Assembly: GCF_963921235.1 (NCBI RefSeq) | Contig: NC_086101.1 | Coordinates: forward strand, 7,008,001-7,072,000 | Direction of reading: 5' to 3' | Origin: Mobula hypostoma | Lineage: Eukaryota | DNA length: 64,000 bases | Shown here: in pieces, positions 46,208 through 61,000 of the stretch | How positions within the stretch are numbered: the stretch's first letter is position 1 | How the letters are laid out: each line of letters starts with the position of its first letter | Made by a program: the position numbers and the translations under genes | The notes under the pieces: model-generated | Told to the model about the DNA's origin: nothing | Seen by the model: the letters and a program-made list of their open reading frames with translations, nothing else | Database searches by the model: none

Positions 46208-49100
46208 TATCAGAATCAGAATTGTGTTTATTATCACTGGCGTATGACATGAGATTTGTTAAAGTAGCAGCAGCAGTTCAATGCAATACATAATCTATCA
46301 GAGAGAAAAAAATAAAATTAATAATAAGTAAACAAGTAAATCAATTACAATATACATATATTGAATAGATATTTCAAATATGTGCAAAAACAGTAATACT
46401 GTATATTAAAAAAGTGAGCTAGTGTCCAAAGATTCAATGTCCATTTAGGAATCCGATGTCAGAGGGGAAGAAGCTGTTCCTGAATCGTTGAGTGTGTGCC
46501 TTCAGGCTTCTGTACCTACTTCCTGATGGTAACAAGGAGAAGAGGCATGTCCTGTGTGCTGGAGGTCCTTAATAATGGAAGCTGCCTTTCCAAGACATGG
46601 CTCCCTGAAGATGTCCTGGGTACTTTGTAGGCTAGTACTCAAGATGGAGCTGACTAGATTTACAACCTTCTGCAACTTCCTTCGGTCCTTTGCAATAGCC
46701 TCTCCATACCAGACAGTGATGCAGCCTGTCAGAATACTCTCCACAGTACAACTATAGAAGTTTTTGAGTGTATTTGTTGACATGCCAAATCTCTTCAAAC
46801 TCCTAATAATGTATAGCGGCTGTCTTGCCTTCTTTATAGCAACATCAATATGTTGGGACTAGGTTAGATCCTCAGAGATCTTGACAGTCAGGAACTTGAA
46901 ACTGCTCACTCTCTACACTTCTGATCCCTCTACAAGGATTGGTATGTGTTCCTTCGTCTTACCCTTCCTGAAGTCCACAATCAGTTCTTTCGTCTTACCT
47001 ACATTGAGTGCTAGGTTGTTGCTGTGGCACCACTCCACTAGTTGGCATATCTCACTCCTGTACTTCCTCTCGTCACCACCTGAGATTCTACCAACAATGA
47101 TTGTATTGTCAGCAAATTTATAGATGGTATTTGAGCTATGCCTAGCCACGTATTCATGTGTATATAGAGAGTAGAGCAGTGGGCTAAGCACACACCCCTG
47201 AGGTGCGCCAATGTTGATCGTCAGTGCGGAGGATATGTTGTCACCAATCCACACAGATTGGGGTCTTCTGGTTAAGAAGTTGAGGATCCAATTGCAGAAT
47301 GAGGTACAGAGGCCCAGGTCCTGCAACTTCTCAATCAGGATTGTGGAAATGATGGCATTAAATGCTGAGCTATAGTCGATGAACAGCATCCTGACGTAGG
47401 TGTTTGTCTGGTCCAGGTGGTCTAAAGCCATGTGGAGAGCCATTGAGATTGCGTCTGCCATTGACCTGTTGTGGCGATAGACAAATTGCAATGGATCCAG
47501 GTCCTTGCTGAGGTGAGAGTTTAGTCTAGTCATGACCAACCTCTCAAAGCATTTCAACATTGTTAATGTGAGTGCTACCAGGCGATAGTCATTAAGGCAA
47601 TCCATATTATTCTTCTTAGGCACTGGTATAATTGTTGCCTTCTTGAAGCAAGTGTGAACTTCTGCCCGTAGCAGTGAGAGGTTGAAATGTCCTTGAATAC
47701 TCCCGCTAGTTGGCTGGCACAAGTTTTCAGAGCCTTACCATATACTCCATCGGGACCTTCTGCCTTGCGAGGGTTCACTCTCTTTAAAGACAGCCTCACA
47801 TTGGCCTCTGAAGTCAGGGATCATGGGGTCATCATGTGCAGCAGGGATCTTCACAGCTGTAATTGTGTTCTTCCTTTCAAAGCATGCAGAGAAGGCATTG
47901 AATTCATCTGGTAGTGAAGCATCAGTGCAATTCATGCTATTGGGTTTCGCTTTGTGGGAAGTAATGTCTTGCTGACCCTGTTACCGTGCATCAGATGTTG
48001 CCTCCAATCTCGTTCAAAATTGTCTCTTCATCCTTGAAATAGCCTTCCAAATCACACCTGGTTTTCTAGTACAGCCCTGAGTTGCCAGACTTGAATGCCA
48101 CAGATCTGGCCTTCAGCAGATGACGTACCTCCTGGTTCATTCACAGCTTTTGGTTTGGGAATGGACAGTAAGCCTTTGTGGGCACACACTCATCCACACA
48201 AGTTTTGATGAAGTCGGTAACAACAGCAGCATACTCATCCAGGTTCGAAGATGAATCCCTGAATAGAGCCCAGTCCACCGATTCAAAGCAGTCCTGTAGG
48301 CTCTCCTGTGTCTCCCTTGTCCAAACCTTCTTGCTTCTCACTGTTGGAGCTGCAGTTTCCGTCTCTGCCTGTACTGAGGGAGTAGAAGTACAGCCAAGTG
48401 ATCAGACTTCCCAAAGTGAGGGCATGGAATAGCACGGCAGACATCCTTGATGGTGCTGTAGCAATGGGCCAGTGTGTTGTTTCCTCTGGTATTGCAAATG
48501 ATCTATAGATAGTGGTTGCTTCGTGATTTTTTTCAGACTGACCTGGTTAAAATCTCCCAAAACGATGGTGAATGCATTTGGCTGCACTGTTTCGTGCATG
48601 TTGATCCCATTGCTCAGATCATCTAAAGCCTGCTTGACGTTGGCCTGAGGTGGAATTTATACTGCTACAAAAATGACCCCAGAGAACTCCCATGGCAGGT
48701 AAAACAAAGACAGTACTTTACTGCTAGATATTCCAGGTCTTGTGAGCAGAATTGGGACAGCACTGATACATTTGTGCACAAGAAAAGTTGATCATGAAGC
48801 AAACTCCTCCACCTCTGCTTCTGAGAGACTCTATAGATCTATCCTGATGATGTATAGTAAACCCGTCGATCTGAATCGCTGCATCAGGTATGGAAGGGGT
48901 TAACCAGGATTCCATGAAACACAGGACACACCCTCTGATTCAGCACCCTAGCTCTGAGATCATTGATTTTATATACCAGAGCCTGCACGTTCACCAGCAA
49001 GATAGTCGGTATAGGCAGTTTAAAATCCCCTTTCCTTAAATGCACTTGCAACCCTGCTCTGCACCTGCGCTTTCTCCAAGGTGTCCTACGTGGGTGCTTC
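46208..49100 (-). mobile_element. long Rex1/Babar-type LINE (EN + RT + 3' end), degraded
   Basis: ESWL, VLGDFN (EN); [52 protein letters not shown]; (TCTGAT)n tail. Confidence 0.9.
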
Positions 49101-49679
49101 CGACCACAATCGGGGTTGTTTCTTACACTTTATTCCTCACCAACGATGTTGCCTCACATTGTTATGTGTGCATGGGTTTGTTGTCGCATGGCAACAGAGG
49201 GTGGTATCTCTCTGGCTGTTGGGTGTCGTGTCATCAGCAAACAAAGTCCAAGGATCTGGTATAACTCTGTGACAGGTGCGCTGAGTCATATGTCATACAG
49301 CACAGAAACAGGCCCTTTGGCCCAGTTCATCCATGCTGACCACAGTGCCAATCTATAATGTCCCATTTACCAGAGTGTGAACCATATCCATGATCGTGTC
49401 CAAATGTCTGTTAACTTGAACACTCAACACACAACACAATAGTACACGACAGTACTGGTGCTTTGGCCAATGACATTTTGCTGACCTTTTTAATCTGCTC
49501 TAAGATCAATCTAACCCTTCTCTTCCACGTAGCTCTCCTTTTTTGTTTGTCAATGTGCCTCTGAATATCTTAAGTGCTCCTAATAAATTTCCCTCTATCA
49601 CCACCCTTGCAGAATATTCCATGCACCCATCAGCCATGCTCGGTGTAAAAAAAAACCTACTTCTGACATCCCCCCTATA

Positions 49680-51335
49680 CATAAAGGGCATACAAAGTAG
49701 CAAAAGTGAATGGGAAGTTGGATGATAGGGAAGATTTTAAAACCCAACAAAAGATAACTAAAAAGCTATAAGAAGGGGAAAAAATGAAATATGAAGGCAG
49801 ACTAGCCAATATTATAAAGCAGGATACCAAAAGTTTTTTCAGTTATATAAAGAGTGAAAGAGAGTTGAGAGTTGATATTGGAGTACTGGAAAATGATACT
49901 GGTGAGGTAGTAATGAGGGACAAAGAAATGACAGATAAACTTAATGGGTACTTTGCATCTGTCTTCACTGTTGAAGACTAGCAGTGCACCAGAGTTCCAT
50001 GAGTGTCAGATGCAGGAGTGAGTGCCATTGCTATTACAAAGGAAAGAGTGCCAGGCAAATTCAAAGGTCTTAAGGTGGATAAGTTACCTGGGCCAGATGG
50101 ACTACATCCTACAGTCCTGAGAGAGGTTGCAGAAGAGGTAACGGATGTATTGGTTATGATCTTTGAAGAATCACTTGATTCTAGCATGGTCGCAGAAGAC
50201 TGGAAGATTGCAAGTGTCATTCCACTCTTTAAGAAGGGAGGAAAGCAAATAAAGGAAATTATAGGCCAGTTAGTCGAGCCTCAAAGATTGGAAAAGTGTT
50301 GGGGCCTATTATTAAAGATGGGATAAGGTTTCAAGGTACTTAGAGACAAATGATACAATAAGTCAAAGTCAGCAGGTAAAGGGAAATCTGTAAAGGGAAA
50401 TCTTGCCTGACAAATCTGTTAGAGTTCCTCGAGGAGGGAGTTATTTCCTGGCATAATTGACATATTACTATTTAATTATTTATGATTTTATTACTATTTA
50501 ATTATTTATGGTTTTACTACTATTTAATTATTTATGGTGCAACTGTAACAAAATCCAATTTCCCTCGGGATCAATAAAGTATGACTATGACTATGACTAT
50601 GACTATGAGGAAGTAACAAGCAGGCTGAACAATGGAGAGGCAGCGGATATCATTTCCTTGGATTTTCAGAAGGCATTTGATAAGGTGCCACACATGAGGC
50701 TGCTGAACAAGATAAAATCCTATGGCGTTACGGGAAATATACTAAGTTAGATAGTGGAATAGCTGACAGGCAGGAGGCAGTGAGTGGAAATAAAAGGGTT
50801 TTTTCTGTTTGGCTTCCAGTGACTAGTCGTGTTCCTCAGGGATCAGTATTGAGACCACTGCTTTTCTCATTGTTTGTCAGTGATTTGGATGATGGAATTG
50901 ATGGCTTTGTGGTAAAGTTTGTGGATGATACGAAGATAGGTGGAGGGGTAGGTAGTGCTGAGGAAGCAGGACTTAGAACTAGATGGGGTGGATGTGGACA
51001 GGATATTTCCTATGGCTGGGGCATCCGGCACTGGAGGGCACAGCCTCAAAATTGAGGGGCAACCCTTTAAAACAGAGGTAAGAAGGATTCTCTTTAGCCA
51101 GAGATGAGTAAATCTGTGGAATGCTCTGCCACAGATTGTGATGGACGTCAAGTTCGTGCGTATGTTTAAGGCGAAGCTTGATCATTTCCTGATAGGTCAG
51201 GGCATTAAGGGATATGCAAGAAGGCAGGTGTCTGGGGTTGAGTGGGATCCGGGATTAGCCATGATGGAATGGCAGAGCAGACTTGATGGGCTGAATGGCC
51301 TTATTCCGCTCCATGTCTTATGGTCTTATGTTCTT
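49680..51335 (+). mobile_element. degraded CR1 ORF2 with an internal deletion and an inserted LINE tail
   Basis: DKLPGPDGLHP, LDFQKAFDKVPH, VPQGSVL. Confidence 0.8.
50440..50606 (+). mobile_element. isolated LINE 3' tail ending AATAAA-(GACTAT)n
   Basis: CAATTTCCCTCGGGATCAATAAAGTATGACTAT...; the same terminus occurs at 20767-20808; contains a 26-bp AT-rich triplication. Confidence 0.7.
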
Positions 51336-51399
51336 AAAAGAGAGCATTGAGGTAGTATGACTGTTACAGAATGCAGAAAACATTGTTCCAGTTACAGAT

Positions 51400-54300
51400 A
51401 AAGTGCAGTGCAGGCAGACAATAAGGTGCAAGGCCATGATCAGGTAGCTTATGAAGTCAACAGTCCATCTTGATGTACCAGGGGACATTTCAATAGTTTT
51501 CTATCAGTGGGATAGGAGTTGCCTGCGCCTGGTTAAACATGCTTTTAGATGCCTGTTTCAACTACCGAAGGGAGGGGGAGAAGAGAGAATGTCTGGGATG
51601 GGTGGAGTTTTTAATTATGTTGCCTGCTTTACCAGGGCAGTGAGAAGTGTGGACAGAGTCCATGACAGGAGGTTGGTTTCTGTGATGTATTGAGCTGTCT
51701 CCACAAATTTCTGCAGTTTCTTGCAGTTTCTGGCAAAACAAGTGCATCTTTAAAATTGATGAGGGTCAAAGGGGAAATGCCCAATTACTTTACCCTCCTG
51801 AGGAAGTGGAAGCACTGGTTCGCTTTCACAGTCAAGGTGCCTACGTAGTTGGAGCAGGACAAGGTTATTTTGATATTCATTCCAGCAACTTGGAGCTCTC
51901 AACCCTCTCAACCTCAACATCATTGATGTTGACAGGAACTCAGCAAACGCTCTTTACACATGCCGACCGCATGTCCCAGTACAGTTACATCTTGGGTAAG
52001 ATACAGAGTAAATCTACCTCTGTACCGTCCTAGGGCAGAGACAGTAAGGGTTAGAAAGAGGAAAGTCCCCTCTAAACACACCTCCCAGGACAAATAGCAC
52101 AGAGGTCGGTCACAGTGGAAATCTTCCCCTGCACCGCTCCATCAAAGAATCCCAGAGCAGAGACAACACAGTTGAGAGACAGAACAAACATAAGAACATA
52201 GAGATGGGAGCAGGAGTTGGGCATCTGGCCTGTTGAATATACTTCGCTATTCAATCATGGCTGATTTATTATCTCTCTCAAACCCATTCTCCTGTCTTAT
52301 CCCCTTACCTTTTGATGCCCTAACTAATCAAGAATCTATCTATCTCTGCTTTAAGTAAACCCAATGACCTGGCCCCAACAGCTGTCTGTGGCAATGAATT
52401 CAACAGATTCAGCACCTGCTTGTTAAATAAATTCTTCCTTATCTCTGTTTTAAAGGGACATCCCTCTATTCTGAGACTGTGCCCTCCAGTCCTCGACTCA
52501 CTCACTACTTAGCTCCACCTACCTATCATTTCCCATAATCCTTAATCCCCCTGCTATGCAAAAAAAAACACGGAAGTTACATTTACTGCCGCGCTGTGCA
52601 GGTAATTCCAATTCTTTGACAAAGTTCCCTCTTACGCAGTCCAAGGACAAATATTGCACAGGTTGGGCACAGGATAAATCTCATTCTACCACTCTCGGGA
52701 CAGTGAGCTCGGGGTTAGATACAAGCTGAACCTGCTTGGCACTGTCCTATTGAAACACCATGGATGGTGAACGTGACCTAATCTGCTCTGTGCATTTGGA
52801 CATCACCCAGAATTGTTTTGTTCATGGTTCTGCTGTTTGAACTCTCAGTCACAGATGAACTTCAGGGAAATGGTGAAAGGGAGAGTTGTGCAGGAGGAAA
52901 TTTTGCAAGACATATTGAGTGTACACCGTGCCCTTTGATCTGAGAACACATTCTCTCCTCCATTTCCCCCCCACCCAACCCCTACCTAATTTGATGAAGT
53001 TATTGTAAATTGTTGGGGTTGTTGTGGATAGTGTCAGAGGTTTACAGCGGGACATCGATAGAATGCAAAACTGGGCTGAGAAGTGGCAGATGGAGTTCAA
53101 CCCAGATAATTGTGAGGTGGTTCATTCTGGGAGGTCAAATATGATGGCAGAATATAGTATTAATTGCAAGACTCTTGGCCATATGGAGGATCAGAAGGAT
53201 CTTGGGGTCCGATTCCATAGGACACTCAAAGCTGCTGCGCAAGTTGACTCTGTGGTTAAGAAGGCATACAGTGCATTGGCCATCAACCGTAGGATTGAAT
53301 TTAAGAACAGGGAGTTAATGTTGCAGCTATATAGGACCCTGTTCAGACCCCCCCCGAGTACTGTGCTCAATTCCGGTCACCTCACTACAGGAAGTTTGTG
53401 GAAACCATAGAAAGGGTGCAGAGGAGATTTACAAGGATGTTGCCTGGATTGGGGGGCATGCCTTATGAGAATAAGTTGAGTGAACTCGGCCGTTTTTCGT
53501 TGTAGTGAAGAAGGATGAAAGTTGACCTGATAGAGGTGTACAAGATAATGAGAGGATCGTGTGGATAGTCAAAGGCTTTTTCCCAGGGCTGAAATGGCTG
53601 GCACAAGAAGGCATAGTTTTAAGGTGCTTGGAAGGAGATACAGAGGAGACTTCGGGTTAGTTTTTTTTACGCAGAGAGTGGTGAGTGCGTGGAATGGGCT
53701 GCTGGCGGCGGTGGTGGAGGCGGAAACAATAGGGTCTTTTAAGAGACTCCTGGATGGATACATGGAGCTTAGAAACATAGAAGGCTATGGGTAAGCATAG
53801 GTAGTTCTAAGGTAAGGACATGTTCGGCAGAGCTTTGTGGGCCGAAGGGCCTATATAGTGCTGTAGGTTTTCTATATTCGAGTAGCATATAAAACACGCC
53901 CTCAGCCATGAAATTAATGGGCAGATATTGTAACAGTTTGTGCTTCATACGTCAGGCCACGTACAGAACAAAAATAAAATCTCACTGGATAGGCTACACA
54001 ATCATTGTTGAGGTGATGTGTGTCCCAGTTTATCTTGGTGAGGCTGGGTGACAGGTGGAGTGAAAGAGACACTGGAAGGCAGATAGAGAGAGGGGCAGAA
54101 AGAAATCCATCACTGGCACTGGAGTGTGAAGACCTTTGATTTTCACTCCCTGGTGAGAAACTTTTTCTGAACCCGTTCCAGCTTAATGACGTCCTTTCTC
54201 AGCCGAGTAACCAGAATTGCTACAGTACTCTCAGTGTGTTATCACCAATGTCTTGTCTGCTTTTAACATGAGATGCCAACTCTTCTACACCAATACCCTG

Positions 54301-54650
54301 ACTGATGAAGATAAGGGTGGCATGTGCCTTCTTCACCACTTTGTCTACCTGTATCTTCACTCTCAGGGAACTGTCAATTTGTTCCCTCGTGTATCTCTGT
54401 TCTACAACAGTTCCCAGGCCCTGCTATTCACTATGTATATCCTTTCTTGGCATAACTTCCCAAAAAGCATCACTTCATACTTGTGTGATTTGGATACCTT
54501 CTTCCCTTCCTTTTCCCACTTTCCCAGTTGACTGAGATCCTGTTGTAACTTTCGTCGATCTTCTTCAGTGTCCACCACACCACCAGGTTTGGTGTCATCT
54601 GTAAGTTTACTAAACACATCACCCACATTCTCATCCAGATTGTTAATATA
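51400..54650. mobile_element. Rex1 remnant (minus, about 51400-51930) and CR1 3' fragments (minus 52190-52510, plus 53010-53880, minus 54180-54650)
   Basis: Characteristic C-terminal motifs in the ORF track (IIKNSTHPRHSLFS; SRTGGHSL; WAEKWQMEFN; LTDDTK). Confidence 0.7.
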
Positions 54651-55089
54651 TCTGTGTATATATCAGACCACAAAAGAAATAGAATTATGATTTATTATTT
54701 GATAATTAGATTAATATAATTTCAGTGAAATGAATATTTAAATTCACTTGCAATAAATGCCAACGTACTTTTTCCATCCTAACTGTTGCTGTGAATTTTA
54801 CATTTCAAATTCCAATATTATGATCTGAATTACTGTCATACAACTGTTGTGAATTTCATGAATATCTCACCAGGACAACATAAGGTCATTTTTGAACTCA
54901 ATCCCAGCATCATTAAAGTCAAAGGCTAATTGCTGCCGAACATTTCTTGATCAAAATTCAATCTTCGTTGATCTTAATTGGATGCAGAAGGTAGACTGTG
55001 TTTACATAAAACACACTGACGCCCAGTGTTTAAAATGGATGGTGTTAAAACGTCACATTGTGTAGACCAAGCTGTCCTTAGTTATTGAG

Positions 55090-58000
55090 TGATTGAGTCA
55101 GGCAGCAGGGTAAAGGGCCCCTCAGCCCATTGAACCGTACTGACCACACTACCTACCCGCTAGACCCAGATAGCCCATTGGCCCGTACTGACCACACGGC
55201 CTACCCGCTAGACCCAGATAGCCCATTGGCCCTACCTGACCACACTACCTACCCGCTAGACCCAGATAGCCCATTGGTCCGTACTGACCACACTACCTAC
55301 CCGCTAGACCCAGATAGCCCATTGGTCCGTACTGACCACACTACCTACCCGCTAGACCCAGATAGCCCATTGGCCCGTACTGACCACACGGCCTACCCGC
55401 TAGACCCAGATAGCCCATTGGCCCATACTGACCGCACTACCGACCCGCTAGACCCAGATAGCCCATTGGCCCGTACTGACCACACTACCTACCCGCTAGA
55501 CCCAGATAGCCCATTGGTCCGTACTGACCGCACTACCTACCCGCTAGACCCAGATAGCCCATTGGCCCGTACTGACCACACTACCTACCCGCTAGACCCA
55601 GATAGCCCATTGGTCCGTACTGACCACACTACCTACCCGCTAGACCCAGATAGCCCATTGACCCGTACTGACCTCACTACCTACCCGCTAGACCCAGATA
55701 GCCCATTGGCCCATACTGACCACACTACATACCCGCTAGACCCAGATAGCCCATTGACCCGTACTGAGCACACTACCTACCCGCTAGACCCAGATAGCCC
55801 ATTGGCCCATACTGACCACACTACCTACCCGCTAGACCCCTCAGCCCATTGGCCCGTACTGACCACACTACCTACCCGCTAGACCCAGATAGCCCATTGA
55901 CCCGTACTGAGCTCACTACCTACCCGCTAGACCCAGATAGCCCATTGACCCGTACTGACCACACTACCTACCCGCTAGACCCAGATAGCCCATTGACCCG
56001 TACTGACCACACTACCTACCCGCTAGACCCAGATAGCCCATTGGCCTGTACTGACCACACTACCTACCCACTAGACCCAGATAGCCCATTGACCCATACT
56101 GACCACACTACCTACCCGCTAGACCGAGATAGCCCATTGGCCCGTACTGACCACACTACCTACCCGCTAGACCCAGATAGCCCATTGGCCCGTACTGACC
56201 ACACTACCTACCCGCTAGACCCAGATAGCCCATTGGTCCGTACTGACCACACTACCTACCCGCTAGACCCAGATAGCCCATTGGCCCGTACTGACCACAC
56301 TACCTACCCGCTAGACCCAGATAGCCCATTGACCCGTACTGACCACACTACCTACCCGCTAGACCCAGATAGCCCATTGGCCCGTACTGACCACACTACC
56401 TACCCACTAGACCCAGATAGCCCATTGACCCGTACTGACCTCACTACCTACCCGCTAGACCCAGATAACCCATTGGCCCGTACTGACCTCACTACCTACC
56501 CGCTAGACCCAGATAGCCCATTGGCCCATACTGACCACACTACCTACCCGCTAGACCCAGATAGCCCATTGACCCGTACTGACCACACTACCTACCCGCT
56601 AGACCCCTCAGCCCATTGGCCCGTACTGACCACACTACCTACCCGCTAGACCCAGATAGCCCATTGACCCGTACTGACCTCACTACCTACCCGCTAGACC
56701 CAGATAGCCCATTGACCCGTACTGACCACACTGCCTACCCGCGAGACCCAGATAGCCCATTGACCCGTACTGACCACACTACCTACCCACTATACCCAGA
56801 TAGCCCATTGACCCATACAGACCACACTACCTACCCGCTAGACCCAGATAGCCCATTGACCCGTACTGACCTCACTACCTACCCGCTAGACCCAGATAAC
56901 CCATTGGCCCGTACTGACCACACTACCTACCCGCTAGACCCAGATCGCCCATTGGTCCGTACTGACCACACGACCTACCCACTAGACCCAGATAGCCCAT
57001 TGACCCATACTGACCACACTACCTACCCGCTAGACCCAGATAGCCCATTGACCCGTACTGACCTCACTACCTACCCGCTAGACCCAGATAGCCCATTAGC
57101 CCGTACTGACCACACTACCTACCCGCTAGACCCAGATAGCCCATTGGCCCGTACTGACCACACTACCTACCCGCTAGACCCAGATAGCCCATTGGCCCGT
57201 ACTGACCACACTACCTACCCGCTAGACCCAGATAGCCCATTGACCCGTACTGACCACACTACCTACCGCTAGACCCAGATAGCCCATTGGCCCGTACTGA
57301 CCACACTACCTACCGGCTAGACCCCTCAGCCCATTGGCCCGTACTGACCTCACTACCTACCCGTTCGACCCAGATAGCCCATTGACCCATACTGACCACA
57401 CTACCTACCCGCTAGACCCAGATAGCCCATTGGCCCGTACTGACCACACTACCTACCCGCTAGACCCAGATAGCCCATTGGCCCGTACTGACCACACTAC
57501 CTACCCGCTAGACCCAGATAGCCCATTTGTCCGTACTGACCACACTACCTACCCGCTAGACCCAGATAGCCCATTGGCCGTACTGACCACACTACCTACC
57601 CGCTAGACCCAGATAGCCCATTGACCCGTACTGACCACACTACCTACCCGCTAGACCCAGATAGCCCATTGGCCCGTACTGACCACACTACCTACCCACT
57701 AGACCCAGATAGCCCATTGACCCGTACTGACCTCACTACCTACCCACTAGACCCAGATAGCCCATTGACCCATACTGACCACACTACCTACCCGCTAGAC
57801 CCAGATAGCCCATTGGCCCGTACTGACCACACTACCTACCCGCTAGACCCAGATAGCCCATTGGCCCGTACTGACCACACTACCTACCCGCTAGACCCAG
57901 ATAGCCCATTGGTCCGTACTGACCACACTACCTACCCGCTAGACCCAGATAGCCCATTGGCCCGTACTGACCACACTACCTACCCGCTAGACCCAGATAG

Positions 58001-61000
58001 CCCATTGACCCGTACTGACCACACTACCTACCCGCTAGACCCAGATAGCCCATTGGCCCGTACTGACCACACTACCTACCCGCTAGACCCAGATAGCCCA
58101 TTGACCCGTACTGACCACACTACCTACCCGCTAGACCCAGATAGCCCATTGGCCCGTACTGACCACACTACCTACCCACTAGACCCAGATAGCCCATTGA
58201 CCCGTACTGACCTCACTTCCTACCCACTAGACCCAGATAGCCCATTGACCCATACTGACCACACTACCTACCCGCTAGACCCAGATAACCCATTGGCCCG
58301 TACTGACCTCACTACCTACCCGCTAGACCCAGATAGCCCATTGGCCCGTACTGACCACACTACCTACCCGCTAGACCCAGATAGCCCATTGACCCGTACT
58401 GACCACACTACCTACCCGCTAGACCCAGATAGCCCATTGGCCCGTACTGACCACACTACCTACCCGCTAGACCCAGATAGCCCATTGACCCGTACTGACC
58501 ACACTACCTACCCGCTAGACCCAGATAGCCCATTGGCCCGTACTGACCACACTACCTACCCACTAGACCCAGATAGCCCATTGACCCGTACTGACCTCAC
58601 TTCCTACCCACTAGACCCAGATAGCCCATTGACCCATACTGACCACACTACCTACCCGCTAGACCCAGATAACCCATTGGCCCGTACTGACCTCACTACC
58701 TACCCGCTAGACCCAGATAGCCCATTGGCCCGTACTGACCACACTACCTACCCGCTAGACCCAGATAGCCCATTGGCCCGTACTGACCACACTACCTACC
58801 CGCTAGACCCAGATAGCCCACTGGTCCGTACTGACCACACTACCTACCCGCTAGACCCAGATAGCCCATTGGCCCGTACTGACCACACTACCTACCCGCT
58901 AGACCCAGATAGCCCATTGACCCGTACTGACCACACTACCTACCCGCTAGACCCAGATAGCCCATTGGCCCGTACTGACCACACTACCTACCCGCTAGAC
59001 CCAGATAGCCCATTGACCCGTACTGACCACACTACCTACCCGCTAGACCCAGATAGCCCATTGGCCCGTACTGACCACACTACCTACCCGCTAGACCCAG
59101 ATAGCCCATTGACCCGTACTGACCTCACTACCTACCCGCTAGACCCAGATAGCCCATTGACCCATACTGACCACACTACCTACCCGCTAGACCCAGATAA
59201 CCCATTGGCCCGTACTGACCTCACTACCTACCCGCTAGACCCAGATAGCCCATTGACCCGTACTGACCTCACTACCTACCCGCTAGACCCAGATAGCCCA
59301 TTGGCCCGTACTGACCACACTACCTACCCGCTAGACCCAGATAGCCCATTGACCCGTACTGACCACACTACCTACCCGCTAGACCCAGATAGCCCATTGG
59401 CCCGTACTGACCACACTACCTACCCGCTAGACCCAGATAGCCCATTGGCCCGTACTGACCACACTACCTACCCGCTAGACCCAGATAGCCCATTGACCCG
59501 TACTGACCTCACTACCTACCCGCTAGACCCAGATAGCCCATTGACCCATACTGACCACACTACCTACCCGCTAGACCCAGATAGCCCATTGACCCGTACT
59601 GACCACACTACCTACCCGCTAGACCCAGATAGCCCATTGGCCCGTACTGACCACACTACCTACCCGCTAGACCCAGATAGCCCATTGACCCATACTGACC
59701 ACACTACCTACCCGCTAGACCCAGATAGCCCATTGGTCCGTACTGACCATACTACCTACCCGCTAGACCCAGATAGCCCATTGGCCCGTACTGACCACAC
59801 TACCTACCCGCTAGACCCAGATAGCCCATTGCCCAGATAGCCCATTGACCCGTACTGACCACACTACCTACCCGCTAGACCCAGATAGCCCATTGACCCG
59901 TACTGACCACACTACCTACCCGCTAGACCCAGATAGCCCATTGGCCCGTACTGACCACACTACCTACCCGCTAGACCCAGATAGCCCATTGGCCCGTACT
60001 GACCACACTACCTACCCGCTAGACCCAGATAGCCCATTGACCCGTACTGACCACACTACCTACCCGCTAGACCCAGATAGCCCATTGACCCGTACTGACC
60101 ACACTACCTACCCGCTAGACCCAGATAGCCCATTGACCCGTACTGACCACACTACCTACCCGCTAGACCCAGATAGCCCATTGGCCCGTACTGACCACAC
60201 TACCTACCCGCTAGACCCAGATAGCCCATTGACCCGTACTGCCCTCACTACCTACCCACTAGACCCAGATAGCCCATTGACCCATACTGACCACACTACC
60301 TACCCGCTAGACCCAGATAACCCATTGGCCCGTACTGACCTCACTACCTACCCGCTAGACCCAGATAGCCCATTGGCCCGTACTGACTACACTACCTACC
60401 CGCTAGACCCAGATAGCCCATTGGCCCGTACTGACCACACTACCTACCCGCTAGACCCAGATAGCCCATTGACCCGTACTGACCTCACTACCTACCCGCT
60501 AGACCCAGATAGCCCATTGGCCCATACTGACCACACTACCTACCCGCTAGACCCAGATAGCCCATTGACCCGTACTGACCACACTACCTACCCGCTAGAC
60601 CCAGATAGCCCATTGGCCCATACTGACCACACTACCTACCCGCTAGACCCAGATAGCCCATTGACCCGTACTGACCACACTACCTACCCGCTAGACCCAG
60701 ATAGCCCATTGACCCGTACTGACCACACTACCTACCCGCTAGACCCAGATAGCCCATTGGCCCGTACTGACCACACTACCTACCCGCTAGACCCAGATAG
60801 CCCATTGGCCCGTACTGACCACACTACCTACCCGCTAGACCCAGATAGCCCATTGGCCCGTACTGACCACACTACCTACCCGCTAGACCCAGATAGCCCA
60901 TTGACCCGTACTGACCACACTACCTACCCGCTAGACCCAGATAGCCCATTGACCCGTACTGACCTCACTACCTACCCGCTAGACCCAGATAGCCCATTGA

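Noticed and set aside
51990..52770. Degenerate short repeats related to GGGTTAGATACAGAGTAAA
   Set aside because: They resemble an old SINE-derived tandem motif but are too decayed to delimit or assign by eye.
248..54673. Numerous short 60-250 aa ORFs in the track
   Set aside because: These are antisense or alternative frames of retroelements or low-complexity purine/pyrimidine tracts, with no independent evidence of genes.
54959..54996. Possible short terminal exon of another minus-strand gene (cacag|TCTACC...GATTGA) in unique AT-rich sequence
   Set aside because: Only about 12 codons, with no recognisable homology and no partner exons in the window.
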